Made by a program: the position numbers and the translations under genes
Shown here: positions 28,217 to 38,662 of the stretch, one piece after another
Numbering within the stretch: the first letter of the stretch is position 1
Layout of the letters: each line of letters starts with the position of its first letter
Source of the DNA: Clostridia bacterium
GTDB taxonomy: Bacteria; Bacillota; Clostridia; Christensenellales; CAG-138
Length of the DNA stretch: 64,000 bases
Assembly: GCA_017438865.1 (NCBI GenBank)
Contig: JAFRUN010000044.1
Coordinates: 18,765 to 82,764, forward strand
Reading direction: 5' to 3'
Notes under the pieces: generated by a model
Database searches by the model: none
Told to the model about the DNA's origin: nothing
Seen by the model: only the letters and a program-made list of their open reading frames with translations

Positions 28217-30460
28217 ATGATCCAGTATCACGCACAGGGCATGCTGTGGAAGAACGGCGCGCCGACGCCTGCGCCGGAAGACGTTGACAAGGCAAGCGGC
28301 CGCAGAGGGACGATCGCTTACCGCATCATGGAAGCGCACAGCAGATCAAACGAGGGCGGCGTTATGCACATCCGTTTTGACGCGCTGGTCTCGCACGACA
28401 TCACCTACGTCGGCATCATCCAGACCGCACGCGCCAGCGGGCTCAAGGAGTTCCCGATCCCGTACGCCATGACGAACTGCCACAACTCGCTTTGCGCGGT
28501 CGGCGGTACGATCAACGAAGACGACCATGTGTTCGGTCTTTCCGCGGCGAAGAAGTACGGCGGCATCTATGTTCCCGCAAACCAGAGCGTCATTCACTCC
28601 TACGCGCGTGAAGAGCTTGCGACCTGCGGCAACATGATCCTCGGTTCGGACAGCCATACGCGTTACGGCGCACTCGGCACGATGGGCGTCGGCGAAGGCG
28701 GTCCGGAGCTCGTCAAGCAGCTCCTCAAGAACACCTACGACGTGAAGCCCCCGGAAGTGGTGCTGTGCTATCTGACCGGCGCGCCCAAGAAGGGCGTCGG
28801 CCCGCACGACGTGGCGCTCGCGCTCGTCAAGGCAACGTTCGCGGACGGTCTTGTGAAGAACAAGGTCCTCGAGTTCGCGGGCCCCGGTCTCAAGAACCTC
28901 CCGTTCGATTTCCGCAGCGGCATCGACGTCATGACGACCGAGACGACCTGTCTGTCCTCCATCTGGGCGACCGATGAGGAAATCGAAAAGTATTACGAGA
29001 TCCACAAGCGTCCGTACGCATACGAAAAGCTCGAACCGGCGGAGGGCGCATACTACGATTCGATGATCACGATCGAGCTCGACAAGGTCGAGTCCATGAT
29101 CGCGCTGCCGTTCCATCCCTCCAATGCGTACACGATCCACGAGTTCCTCGCGAACGCGGACGAGATCCTCGCAAAGGTCGAAGCCGAAGCGGCAAAGAAG
29201 TTCCCGAAGGCGCATCTCGATCTGCGTTCGAAGATCAGCGAAAAGGGCGTGCTTGCGGATCAGGGCGTTATCGCGGGCTGCTCGGGCGGTCTGTTTGACA
29301 ACATCGTCGAGGCGGCGGACATCCTGAAGGGCGGCAGCACCGGCAACGGCTACTTCTCCTTCTCGGTCTATCCCACCAGCATTCCGACCTCTCTGGCACT
29401 CACCAGAAACGGCAAGACCGAAGCGCTGCTCGAAGCGGGCGCGATCATCAAGCCGTCGTTCTGCGGTCCGTGCTTCGGCGCAGGCGACGTTCCGGCAAAC
29501 AACGGTCTTTCGCTCCGTCACACCACGCGCAACTTCCCGAACCGCGAAGGCAGTAAGCCCGGCGAAGGTCAGGTCAGCGTCGTCGCGCTGATGGATTCCC
29601 GTTCCATCGCGGCGACCGCGGCAAACGGCGGCTACATCACCGCCGCGACCGACGTGGAATACGAGACCGAGCGCATCCCGTATGTGTTCGACGATTCCGT
29701 GTATGCAAAGCGCTGCTACAACGGCTTTGCGCATCCGCATCCCGAAGAGGAGCTTATCCTCGGGCCCAACATCACCGACTGGCCCAAGATGTATCCGCTG
29801 ACCGACAACCTGCTTGTGGAGCTGGCAGCGGTCATCCGCGATCCGGTCACCACGACCGACGAGCTGATCCCGTCCGGCGAGACCTCCTCGTATCGCTCGA
29901 ATCCGCTCCGTCTTTCGGAGTTTGCGCTTTCGCGCAGAGTGCCCGAATACGTCGGACGCAGCAAGGCGATCGCGAAGGACGAAGCGGCGCGCCGCGCAGG
30001 CGAGAAGCCCGAAAAGCTCGTGAAGGCGCTTTCCGCGGTCGGCAATGCGGAGGAGCTTCTTCTGAACACCCAGTTCGGTTCCTGCGTGTTTGCGAACAAG
30101 CCGGGCGACGGCTCCGCGCGCGAACAGGCGGCGTCCTGCCAGAAGGTGCTCGGCGGCTTTGCGAACATCTGCTATGAGTATGCGACCAAGCGTTATCGCA
30201 GCAACTGCATCAACTGGGGCATCGTGCCGTTCACGCTGAAAGAGGGCGACGCGTTCCCGTACGAGGACGGCGATTTCGTGTTCGTGCCCGGCATCCGCGA
30301 GGCGATCGAGACCGGCAAAGAAGAGTTCCCCGCGAAGGTGATTAAAAAGGACGGCACGGTCGAAGACCTCATGCTGTATGTGAAGGGACTCACCGAGGAT
30401 GAAAAGACGATCATCCTCGAGGGCTGCCTCATGAACTACTACGCGGCACAGAATCAATAA
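28217..30460 (+). CDS. Aconitase-family hydratase (YbhJ-like), probable aconitate hydratase
   Basis: NCHNSLC, GSDSHTR, IAGCSGG, CGPCFG, RNFPNREG, TTDELIP, GSAREQA; RBS AGGAGG. Confidence 0.9.
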   Translation: MIQYHAQGMLWKNGAPTPAPEDVDKASGRRGTIAYRIMEAHSRSNEGGVMHIRFDALVSHDITYVGIIQTARASGLKEFPIPYAMTNCHNSLCAVGGTINEDDHVFGLSAAKKYGGIYVPANQSVIHSYAREELATCGNMILGSDSHTRYGALGTMGVGEGGPELVKQLLKNTYDVKPPEVVLCYLTGAPKKGVGPHDVALALVKATFADGLVKNKVLEFAGPGLKNLPFDFRSGIDVMTTETTCLSSIWATDEEIEKYYEIHKRPYAYEKLEPAEGAYYDSMITIELDKVESMIALPFHPSNAYTIHEFLANADEILAKVEAEAAKKFPKAHLDLRSKISEKGVLADQGVIAGCSGGLFDNIVEAADILKGGSTGNGYFSFSVYPTSIPTSLALTRNGKTEALLEAGAIIKPSFCGPCFGAGDVPANNGLSLRHTTRNFPNREGSKPGEGQVSVVALMDSRSIAATAANGGYITAATDVEYETERIPYVFDDSVYAKRCYNGFAHPHPEEELILGPNITDWPKMYPLTDNLLVELAAVIRDPVTTTDELIPSGETSSYRSNPLRLSEFALSRRVPEYVGRSKAIAKDEAARRAGEKPEKLVKALSAVGNAEELLLNTQFGSCVFANKPGDGSAREQAASCQKVLGGFANICYEYATKRYRSNCINWGIVPFTLKEGDAFPYEDGDFVFVPGIREAIETGKEEFPAKVIKKDGTVEDLMLYVKGLTEDEKTIILEGCLMNYYAAQNQ

Positions 30461-30527
30461 CAAAGACCGTCGGCGGGGCGAAAGCTCCGCCGGCGTTCGC
30501 GCATTTTAAAACAAGATGGAGGAACCT

Positions 30528-31742
30528 ATGGAAAAGATCAAAATGACCACGCCGCTCGTCGAGATGGACGGCGACGAAATGACGCGGATCATCTGGAAGA
30601 TGATCAAGGACGAACTGCTGCTTCCGTTCGTGGACCTCAAAACCGAGTATTACGACCTCGGTCTTCCGAAGCGCGACGAAACGCGCGACCAGATCACCAA
30701 GGACGCGGGCAACGCGATCAAGAAGTACGGCGTCGGCGTTAAGTGCGCCACGATCACGCCGAACGCGCAGCGCATGACCGAGTACAATCTGCACGAGATG
30801 TGGAAGAGCCCGAACGGCACGATCCGTGCGATCCTCGACGGCACCGTGTTCCGCGCGCCGATCATCATCGACGGCATCAAGCCGGTCGTGAAGAACTGGG
30901 AGCTGCCGATCACCATCGCGCGTCACGCGTACGGCGATCTCTATAAGGGCACCGAGTACCGCGTCCCCGAAAAGGGCAAGGCGGAGCTGGTGTTCACCGG
31001 CGAGAACGGCGCGACCTTCCGCGAGACGGTCTACGATTTCGAGTGCCCGGGCATTTTGCAGAGCATCTACAATAAGGATACCTCGATCACCTCGTTTGCG
31101 CATTCGTGCTTCAAGTACGCGCTCGAAACGAAGCAGGATCTGTGGTTCTCCGCAAAAGACACGATCAGCAAGAAGTACGACATGAACTTCCGCAACATCT
31201 TCCAGGCGGTCTATGAGGCGGATTACAAGGAACAGTTCGAAAAGCTCGGCCTGACCTACTTCTACACCCTGATCGACGACGCGGTCGCGCGCGTCATCCG
31301 CAGCAAGGGCGGCTTCATCTGGGCGCTCAAGAACTACGACGGCGACGTCATGAGCGACATGGTCTCCACCGCGTTCGGTTCGCTTGCCATGATGACCTCC
31401 GTGCTGTGCAGCCCGGACGGCAAGTTCGAGTTCGAAGCGGCGCACGGCACCGTCACCCGCCACTACTACAAGTACCTGCAGGGCGAGGAAACGTCCACGA
31501 ACCCGATGGCGACGATCTACGCGTGGAGCGGCGCGCTGAAAAAGCGCGGCGAGATGGACGGTCTCGACGATCTCGTCGACTTCGGCAAAAAGCTCGAGGA
31601 GTCCTGCGTCGAAACGCTCAACGACGGCATCATGACGAAGGACCTCGTGAACCTCGTCGAGGGCATGAAGCCCACCGCGGTCAACACGATCGACTTCATC
31701 CGCGCGATCCGCGCGCGCCTCGAAAAGAAGCTGGGCGCATGA
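30528..31742 (+). CDS. icd: NADP-dependent isocitrate dehydrogenase
   Basis: EMDGDEMTR, KCATITP, SPNGTIR, NYDGDVMSD, EAAHGTVTRHY. Confidence 0.97.
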   Translation: MEKIKMTTPLVEMDGDEMTRIIWKMIKDELLLPFVDLKTEYYDLGLPKRDETRDQITKDAGNAIKKYGVGVKCATITPNAQRMTEYNLHEMWKSPNGTIRAILDGTVFRAPIIIDGIKPVVKNWELPITIARHAYGDLYKGTEYRVPEKGKAELVFTGENGATFRETVYDFECPGILQSIYNKDTSITSFAHSCFKYALETKQDLWFSAKDTISKKYDMNFRNIFQAVYEADYKEQFEKLGLTYFYTLIDDAVARVIRSKGGFIWALKNYDGDVMSDMVSTAFGSLAMMTSVLCSPDGKFEFEAAHGTVTRHYYKYLQGEETSTNPMATIYAWSGALKKRGEMDGLDDLVDFGKKLEESCVETLNDGIMTKDLVNLVEGMKPTAVNTIDFIRAIRARLEKKLGA

Positions 31743-32026
31743 AGATCGTAAAAGCGGCACAGGCGGGCACGGTCGAGTCCAGCGATATCGTGGTCCGGAT
31801 CGAGCCGAACGAAAGCGGCGTCGAGATCCTTCTGACGTCGTCCGTGCAGCAGCAGTACGGAAAACGGATCGAAGCCGTCATCCGCGAAACGCTCAAGGAG
31901 CTCGGCGTCGAAGCCGCGCGCATCGAGGCGATCGACAAAGGCGCTCTGGACTGCACGGTGAAAGCCCGCACGCAGGCGGCGGCATACCGCGCCGCGGAGA
32001 GCACGGATTATCCGTGGAAGCAGTAA
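31739..32026 (+). CDS. citD: Citrate lyase acyl carrier protein (gamma subunit)
   Basis: MKIVKAAQAGTVESSD (Ser14 attachment site), SSVQQQYG, DKGALDC; ATGA overlap with icd. Confidence 0.92.
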   Translation: MKIVKAAQAGTVESSDIVVRIEPNESGVEILLTSSVQQQYGKRIEAVIRETLKELGVEAARIEAIDKGALDCTVKARTQAAAYRAAESTDYPWKQ

Positions 32027-32036
32027 CATACGGAAC

Positions 32037-32080
32037 AAAAAAGCGGATCCTTTCGATCGAAAGGATCCGCTCCTTTTTTT
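32037..32080. terminator. Bidirectional terminator
   Basis: AGCGGATCCTTTCG-at-CGAAAGGATCCGCT flanked by A/T runs. Confidence 0.85.
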
Positions 32081-32083
32081 GAC

Positions 32084-33364
32084 TTATTCTTCGTCCGTTC
32101 CCGCAACCGCAACGTTTTTCAGCAGGATCGCGTAGGGCCCGTCGTAACCGATCTCGGCGTAGCGATCCGTGGAGAATACGATATCCTTCTGCGACTCCAG
32201 GATGCTGCCGTTGATCGAGCCGCCGGTGACGGGCGTCATCCTGCCGTTTTCGATCAGGTACGCAAGGCGGATCTCACCGCCGAAGTGACCGGAAAAGGCG
32301 TCCATCTCAAAGCCGGAGAACGTGACCGCCCAGAGGCACGGGCGCTCCCGCATCTCCGCAAAAGACATGGTGCCGGGATTGTCGCAGGAGAACCTACGGT
32401 AGTTGCCCGTCGGTTCCGCGCCGAGGTAGCGGCAGAAGCGGTTCGATCCGTATGTGCTCAGCATCACGCCGTTTTCGATCAGCTTGCGGTCGCGCATCGG
32501 TATGCCCTCCGCGGAATACGGCGCAAGCGCACGCAGCGTGATCGTCACGCGTTCGCCGTTCGTTTCGCCCTGCACGTCGTCGCCGATCTTCCAGGTCGAA
32601 TAGCCGGGATAGATCATATGCGCCGCAGAGCGGTCGCCGTAGAACCACAGCGTCATCATGACGTTTTCGTCGGTGAGGATCACGTCGTAATTACCGCTTT
32701 TCAGGATCTTCTGCGCCCGCGCGCGGTCGCGCACGAACGTCAGCGCTTCCTTCGCCTGCGTAAAGAGCGCATCCGTGTTCAGATCGGTGTAGGCGAAATC
32801 ACGGTACATTTCGACGTCTTCGGGCTTTTTCGCCTGCACGACGTATTCGCCTTTGACCTCCGCCTCGGTCCACGCAACGTCCGTGCCCGCGGAGCTGATC
32901 ACATGCACGCGCTTTTGGATCACGAAGATTTCCGCGGAATTCAGGAATGCGTCCGTTTCGCAGTCCGCTTTGAAAAGCGCCGCCGCCATTTCGCCCGCGC
33001 TCTGCTCCGGCGCCTGTTCCGCCAGCTTGCCGTGCGCCTCGACAAGCGGCGCCCGTACCGGATCCGGCAATTCATAATACGGGTTCATCGCGAACTGCGC
33101 GGCAAAGTATGCGCCCTTGAACGCATCGAGCAGTTCGGCGTCGGTCATCTCGGCAAGCACCGTCACGTCGGTCGCGGCGCGCAGCTTTTTGCCGTCCTGT
33201 TCGTCCGTGCGGAACACGGTCACCTTGAATTTTTCCACGTCTTTCAGGCGGCGGGTGTCGAGCTGCCGTTTCACGAAGAACAGCTCCGCGGTCCGCTCCC
33301 TGTATCCGTAAATGATGTAATCCGAAATGCCCGCTTCCTTCAGCAGCTTTTTGATTCGTTCCAT
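32084..33364 (-). CDS. TldE/PmbA-family protein
   Basis: Downstream of tldD; C-terminal MDAFSGHFGGEIRLAYLIENG...VTGGSINGS; no HExxxH. Confidence 0.8.
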   Translation of the reverse strand: MERIKKLLKEAGISDYIIYGYRERTAELFFVKRQLDTRRLKDVEKFKVTVFRTDEQDGKKLRAATDVTVLAEMTDAELLDAFKGAYFAAQFAMNPYYELPDPVRAPLVEAHGKLAEQAPEQSAGEMAAALFKADCETDAFLNSAEIFVIQKRVHVISSAGTDVAWTEAEVKGEYVVQAKKPEDVEMYRDFAYTDLNTDALFTQAKEALTFVRDRARAQKILKSGNYDVILTDENVMMTLWFYGDRSAAHMIYPGYSTWKIGDDVQGETNGERVTITLRALAPYSAEGIPMRDRKLIENGVMLSTYGSNRFCRYLGAEPTGNYRRFSCDNPGTMSFAEMRERPCLWAVTFSGFEMDAFSGHFGGEIRLAYLIENGRMTPVTGGSINGSILESQKDIVFSTDRYAEIGYDGPYAILLKNVAVAGTDEE

Positions 33365-33376
33365 AGCGTTTCCTCC

Positions 33377-34786
33377 TCAGCCCAGGCGGATGCGCGCCTT
33401 CATGTACGCGCCGCCGTCGGAGACCTTCACCCATTCCTTATAGCCCTTGCCGCAGTAGCCGCCGCCGGCAAGCTGTACCTTTCCGCCCATCATCGAGACG
33501 GATTTCAGAAGGTCCGGCACATAGCCGGTCAGCACGATCGGCGAGAACACCCTGCCGGTGAGCTTTCCGTCCCTGATCTCGCGCGCAACATTGACCATGC
33601 ACTGGATGCCCCAGTTCTTCGGATCCTCCATGCCGCTGGTCGGTTCCTCGAGCAGGAATCCGTATCCGATCGAGGCGATCATCTCTTCCTTCGTGGCGTC
33701 GCCGCCTTCGAAGTATGTGTTCGTCATGCGTGTGTACGCCTTGCGCTCATAGCTTTCGCGGCGTCCGTTGCCCGTGGGCTTTGTGCCGAGCCGCATCGCG
33801 GACAGCGCGTCGCACATGCCGCGGCGCAGCACGCCCTTGTCAATGATGACCGTGTCGCCGGTGAGCGTTCCTTCGTCGTCGAACGCCCACGTTGCGCATT
33901 CGTCGACCGCCGAACCGTCGTGCATGGTGACCAAAGGACTTGCCACATATTCGCCGATGAACTGCTTTGCCTGCGCGCGGTCTTTCACAAACATATCCAT
34001 CTCCACGCCGTGCCCGAACGCCTCGTGAACGATCATGCCGGTGACCTCCGGATCGCAGACGCATTCGTACTCGCCGGGGATCATCGGTTCGGACCGCAGC
34101 AGATCGTTGAGCCGGCGGGTGACCTCGTCGACGTCGTTTTCGACCGCTTTCAAAAGCTCCGCGCCGCCGAGCAGAGAATAGCCCTGATAGCTGTTCTTGA
34201 CCTCTTCCCCGCGCGAACCGAACGCGCCGACGCCCGCAGTTATCCACATATGCGTTTCATCAAGGTCACGGTGTTCGGACAGAAAGAGCTTGCGTTCCGC
34301 GCAGTAGGTCACATTACAGGCGATATCCATGATGTTCTCCGCCCGCATGCCCTTTTCGCGGATGCGGCGAATGAGATCGAGGATCGCTTCGTCGCCGACG
34401 TCCATCGGATCGATCTCATACTTCGCTTCCTTTTTCAGCACGGCGGGGGAATCGTCCGGGATTGCCGTCGGCATCGGCGTGATCCCTTCGGGCAGCGCCC
34501 TGCGCTCCGCTTCGAGACGCCGCTCCATTTCGGCGGCGATCTTCGGGATCATCTCCTCCGAAAACGCGTTGATCGAATACTCCGCGCAGCCGGTTTCGTC
34601 GAACACGCGGATCACAAAGCCGTAGCCGCCGTCGCCCTCGGACGAGATCGTGATCCCGTTCCTGGAAACGCGCCACGAGCGGAAATGCTCGTCGGTCGCG
34701 AGCACCGAGGCGTAGGGATAGCGCTCACGCAGCGCCACAACGAGTTTGCGAAGAGCGGGCTTCTGCGCGTCGAGTCGTTCAAACAT
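33377..34786 (-). CDS. tldD: TldD-family metalloprotease
   Basis: HEAFGH, TGNGRRESY, RMTNTY, GYCGK. Confidence 0.9.
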   Translation of the reverse strand: MFERLDAQKPALRKLVVALRERYPYASVLATDEHFRSWRVSRNGITISSEGDGGYGFVIRVFDETGCAEYSINAFSEEMIPKIAAEMERRLEAERRALPEGITPMPTAIPDDSPAVLKKEAKYEIDPMDVGDEAILDLIRRIREKGMRAENIMDIACNVTYCAERKLFLSEHRDLDETHMWITAGVGAFGSRGEEVKNSYQGYSLLGGAELLKAVENDVDEVTRRLNDLLRSEPMIPGEYECVCDPEVTGMIVHEAFGHGVEMDMFVKDRAQAKQFIGEYVASPLVTMHDGSAVDECATWAFDDEGTLTGDTVIIDKGVLRRGMCDALSAMRLGTKPTGNGRRESYERKAYTRMTNTYFEGGDATKEEMIASIGYGFLLEEPTSGMEDPKNWGIQCMVNVAREIRDGKLTGRVFSPIVLTGYVPDLLKSVSMMGGKVQLAGGGYCGKGYKEWVKVSDGGAYMKARIRLG

Positions 34787-34807
34787 GGTTGTCGTTACCT
34801 CCTTTTT

Positions 34808-35713
34808 TCAGTCAAACAGGGGCAGCATGTTCACGGCGGAGATCGTCATCAGAACGAATCCCGCAAAGAACAGCACGCCGGATGCGATTCCCGCAAACAG
34901 GAACCGCTTTTTCTGGTGTGTTTCTGGGCTGATGAGCATTGCGCCGAGCGTCAGAAGCATCGGGAAGCTGCAGCCCGCGATAAGATAGGTTCCGAGCAGC
35001 TGCACGGGCTGAACCGAGGCGAGCGCCGTGCTCACGTCGACGGTCGAGGGCAGGATGCTCGACAGCGCGCCCGCACCGACCGCGATCAGGTTGTTCAGAA
35101 AATGCAGCAGCATCGGAAGCAGAATGTTGTTGCGCTTGACCATCAGAAATGCAAGGATCATTCCGAGGCAGGCGGTGTTCAGAAACCGCAGCGGCGACAG
35201 ATGGAAGATCCCGAAGATGATCCCCACGACGAGCACGATCGGCCAGTCGCGTTTCCAGCTTCTGAAGCTCGAAAGGATCGCGCCGCGCATGATCGCCTCC
35301 TCACAGATCGCGGGAAGGATCGTCGCGATCGGGATCAGAAGCAGCAGGTTGTTTCCGGAGTAGAGAAAATCGTTGAGCCCCTCGATCTCCTGCATCGACG
35401 AGGGCAGGATCGTCATCGAAAGACCGACGGCGACCATGCTGAGACCGTAGCCGCCCGCGAGCAGAAGCATCGTTCCGCCGAACTCGCGTCCGGTGATGCG
35501 GCGGACGGGGAAGACCTCTTTGAGTTTCACGCGAAAGATCAGGCAATAGCCGACCGCAAGCGCGAGCATCATGAGCTCCGTTGCGGCGAGCCCCCAAAGT
35601 CCCCACGCGCGCTGCATCGCCGAACCGGCGAACAGCAGCGCGGCGATCGCGACCGCCGCAAGGATGAAGCCCGCCCACGGACGCAGCCGTTCCTGGTTTG
35701 TCAGTTGCTGCAT
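34808..35713 (-). CDS. CPBP (Abi/CAAX) intramembrane metalloprotease
   Basis: EEAIMRG, FGIFH, HFLNN; multiple TMs. Confidence 0.9.
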   Translation of the reverse strand: MQQLTNQERLRPWAGFILAAVAIAALLFAGSAMQRAWGLWGLAATELMMLALAVGYCLIFRVKLKEVFPVRRITGREFGGTMLLLAGGYGLSMVAVGLSMTILPSSMQEIEGLNDFLYSGNNLLLLIPIATILPAICEEAIMRGAILSSFRSWKRDWPIVLVVGIIFGIFHLSPLRFLNTACLGMILAFLMVKRNNILLPMLLHFLNNLIAVGAGALSSILPSTVDVSTALASVQPVQLLGTYLIAGCSFPMLLTLGAMLISPETHQKKRFLFAGIASGVLFFAGFVLMTISAVNMLPLFD

Positions 35714-35728
35714 ATGCCCCTCCGTTTT

Positions 35729-36673
35729 TCAGTCGATTTTGAAGAGCTGGCGGTTGTCGAGCGCCCATTGCCGCTCGGAGAAGCCGTCCTTCGATACGCC
35801 GTCCAATGCGGCATCCATTTCGTACATCTTGCTGTCCAGAAGGTCACAGACGGAAAGCACCTCCGCCTCCGGGAACATCGGAAGCCGCGGGCTGCCGAAC
35901 TCCGGCTTGCCGTGATGCGACAGGATCATGTGTTCGAGGAGCATCGCGGTCTTCGGCTCGATCATCGTGATCTCCGCGGCGGCGGCGACCATCGCCATGC
36001 CGACGTTGATGTGCCCCAAAAGCTGTCCTTCGGTCGTGTACGCGCCCGCGATGCCGAGCGTGTCCGCGTCGAGCTCACGGAGTTTTCCGATGTCGTGCAG
36101 AATCGCCCCCGCAAACAGCAGGTCCTTATGGAGCGAGGGGTAAAGCTCCGCAATGCGCTGCGCCAGATGCAGGACCGCGCAGGTATGGTGCAGAAGTCCG
36201 CCGCGCGTGGCGTGGTGGAGCTTCACGCCCGCGGGATAGATCAGGAGCTGATCCTTGTTCTCGCGCAGCATATACTGCACGATGCGCCTGAGTTCCTCGT
36301 CTTTGAACCCGCCCGCCGCGGCGTACAGCTCGTCGTACATCGCCTGCGGATCGAACGGCGCGGTCGGGATGATCCCGCTCATGTCCACGTTGTCGTCCTC
36401 GGTCGCCATGCGGATCCGGTCGATCTTGAACTGCTCGGTGTCCTTCCACACCTGCACTGTGCCGCGCACCTTAATGATATCGTTCACGTCGTAGGAGCCG
36501 TGCGTGATGCGCGAATAGTTCCAGAGCTTCGCCACGCACTCGCCCTCACTATCCGCAAGCACCATGTCGAGGTATTCCGTGCCCTTCACGTCCGTGCGTA
36601 CCGCTGCGCTCTTTACGAGACAAAAGCCCTCGGTCGTGCCGAACGCATCCTTGATCAATCGCATTTTACCCAT
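35729..36673 (-). CDS. yhaM: 3'-5' exoribonuclease YhaM family (OB plus HD)
   Basis: N-terminal OB fold, HHATRGGLLHHT, HDIGK, LSHHG. Confidence 0.88.
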   Translation of the reverse strand: MGKMRLIKDAFGTTEGFCLVKSAAVRTDVKGTEYLDMVLADSEGECVAKLWNYSRITHGSYDVNDIIKVRGTVQVWKDTEQFKIDRIRMATEDDNVDMSGIIPTAPFDPQAMYDELYAAAGGFKDEELRRIVQYMLRENKDQLLIYPAGVKLHHATRGGLLHHTCAVLHLAQRIAELYPSLHKDLLFAGAILHDIGKLRELDADTLGIAGAYTTEGQLLGHINVGMAMVAAAAEITMIEPKTAMLLEHMILSHHGKPEFGSPRLPMFPEAEVLSVCDLLDSKMYEMDAALDGVSKDGFSERQWALDNRQLFKID

Positions 36674-36793
36674 GTTTCGATCCTCCTGTGCCTTTCAGTA
36701 TAGCAGAGTTTTACGGAAATTTCCACTATTCGTTGCACAAAATCCGTCGGATATGGTATACTGAACCGTCGAACAAACACGAAGGGGATTCTT

Positions 36794-38662
36794 ATGGAAC
36801 GGCAGCGGTTTGAAATCATCGTCATCGGCGCGGGGCACGCGGGCATCGAAGCCGCGCTTGCCTGTTCGCGCATGGGCCTGAAAACGCTGCTTTTAACCCT
36901 CAATCTCGACAGCATCGGCATGATGCCCTGCAATCCCGCGATCGGCGGCACCGGCAAGGGACATCTGGTGCGCGAAGTCGACGCGATGGGCGGCGAAATG
37001 GGGCTTGCCGCGGACGATACGCTGATCCAGATGCGCATGCTGAACACGTCGAAGGGCCCCGCGGTCCATTCGCTTCGCGCGCAGATGGACAAGCGCCGCT
37101 ATCACGAGCGCATGAAACGCGCGCTGGAACGGCAGGAAAACCTGACGATCGTGCAGGGCGAAGTCACCGAGATCCTCACCGAGAACGGGCGTGTCTCCGG
37201 CGTAAAGACCGACGAGGGCTTTTCCTACGACTGCCGCGCCGTCGTGCTGTGCAGCGGCGTATACCTGAAAAGCCGGATCCTGATCGGCGAATGGTCACGT
37301 CTTTCCGGTCCCTGCGGGATGATGCGCAGCGAAGGGCTTTCCGACGCGCTGTCCTCGCTCGGGATCCCGCTGCAGCGGTTCAAGACCGGCACGCCCGCGC
37401 GCGTACGAAAAAACTCGCTCGATCTCGACAAGATGGAGATCCAGCTCGGCGACGATCCGACGCCCGCGTTCTCGTTTTTGAACGGGCGGCTGCAGATCGG
37501 GCAGGATCCCTGTTATCTCACCTATACGAATCAGAAAACGCACGACATCATCCTGAGGAATCTCGACCGTTCGCCGATGTACGCGGGGCGCATCCACGCC
37601 ACCGGCACGCGCTACTGCCCGTCGATCGAGGACAAGATCGTGCGGTTTCCGGACCACGACCGGCACCAGATCTTCATCGAGCCGGAGGGCAGAACGACCG
37701 AGGAAATGTATGTGCAGGGCATGAGTACCTCGCTGCCCGCCGATGTGCAGGTCGACATGCTGCACACCATGCCGGGACTCGAACACTGCGAGGTCATGCG
37801 CCTGGGCTATGCGATCGAGTACGACTGCCTCGTGCCGAACGTGCTCGACCTTTCGCTGATGGTCAAGGAGATCCCCGGTCTGTTCACCGCGGGGCAGGTG
37901 AACGGTTCGAGCGGCTATGAGGAAGCCGCCGCGCAGGGCTTTTATGCCGGCGTGAACGCCGCGCTGCATGTAAAGGGCGAGGAGCCGTTCTTCCTCGGCA
38001 GAAGCGACGCCTACATCGGCGTGCTCGTCGACGATCTTGCCACCAAGGGCACGCCCGAACCGTACCGTATGATGACGAGTCGCTGCGAATACCGCCTGCT
38101 GCTCCGGCAGGACAACGCGGACCTGCGGCTCACCGGGCGCGCAAGGCGGCTCGGGCTCGTCTCCGAGGAACGCTGGGCAGCGCTGCAAAGAAAGAAAGAG
38201 GGCATCGAACGGGCAATGGAACGCCTCGGCACGCATGTGCCGCCGGGCGACGCGCTGCGCGTGTATCTCGAATCGATCGGCGAGAGTGTACCGGCAAACG
38301 GCGCAAAGCTCTTTGACCTGCTGAAGCGTCCGAATGTGCACTATACCGACCTGCTGAACCTCTTTGACTGTCTCGAGCCGCTCGAGCCCGCGGTCGAGGA
38401 GCAGGTCGACGTCATGGCGCACTACGACGGCTATATCGAAAAGCAGACCGAGCAGGTGCGGCGCTTCCGCGCGATGGAGGAGCTGCCGCTGCCGAAGGAT
38501 TTTGACTACATGACGCTCGACGGGCTGCGGCTCGAAGCGCGGCAGAAGCTGAACGCACAGCGTCCGATGAACCTCGGGCAGGCGTCGCGTATCTCCGGCG
38601 TGTCGCCCGCGGACGTCGGCGTACTGCTGGTGTATCTGAAGAGAGGAACGAACCATGCGTGA
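36794..38662 (+). CDS. mnmG: tRNA uridine 5-carboxymethylaminomethyl modification enzyme
   Basis: GAGHAGIEAA, MPCNPAIGG, RFKTGTP, RYCPSIEDK, GYEEAAAQG. Confidence 0.97.
   Translation: MERQRFEIIVIGAGHAGIEAALACSRMGLKTLLLTLNLDSIGMMPCNPAIGGTGKGHLVREVDAMGGEMGLAADDTLIQMRMLNTSKGPAVHSLRAQMDKRRYHERMKRALERQENLTIVQGEVTEILTENGRVSGVKTDEGFSYDCRAVVLCSGVYLKSRILIGEWSRLSGPCGMMRSEGLSDALSSLGIPLQRFKTGTPARVRKNSLDLDKMEIQLGDDPTPAFSFLNGRLQIGQDPCYLTYTNQKTHDIILRNLDRSPMYAGRIHATGTRYCPSIEDKIVRFPDHDRHQIFIEPEGRTTEEMYVQGMSTSLPADVQVDMLHTMPGLEHCEVMRLGYAIEYDCLVPNVLDLSLMVKEIPGLFTAGQVNGSSGYEEAAAQGFYAGVNAALHVKGEEPFFLGRSDAYIGVLVDDLATKGTPEPYRMMTSRCEYRLLLRQDNADLRLTGRARRLGLVSEERWAALQRKKEGIERAMERLGTHVPPGDALRVYLESIGESVPANGAKLFDLLKRPNVHYTDLLNLFDCLEPLEPAVEEQVDVMAHYDGYIEKQTEQVRRFRAMEELPLPKDFDYMTLDGLRLEARQKLNAQRPMNLGQASRISGVSPADVGVLLVYLKRGTNHA

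Noticed and set aside
32285-36703. 1472-aa plus-strand ORF
   Set aside because: Antisense shadow of tldE/tldD/CPBP/yhaM in high-GC DNA; no motifs
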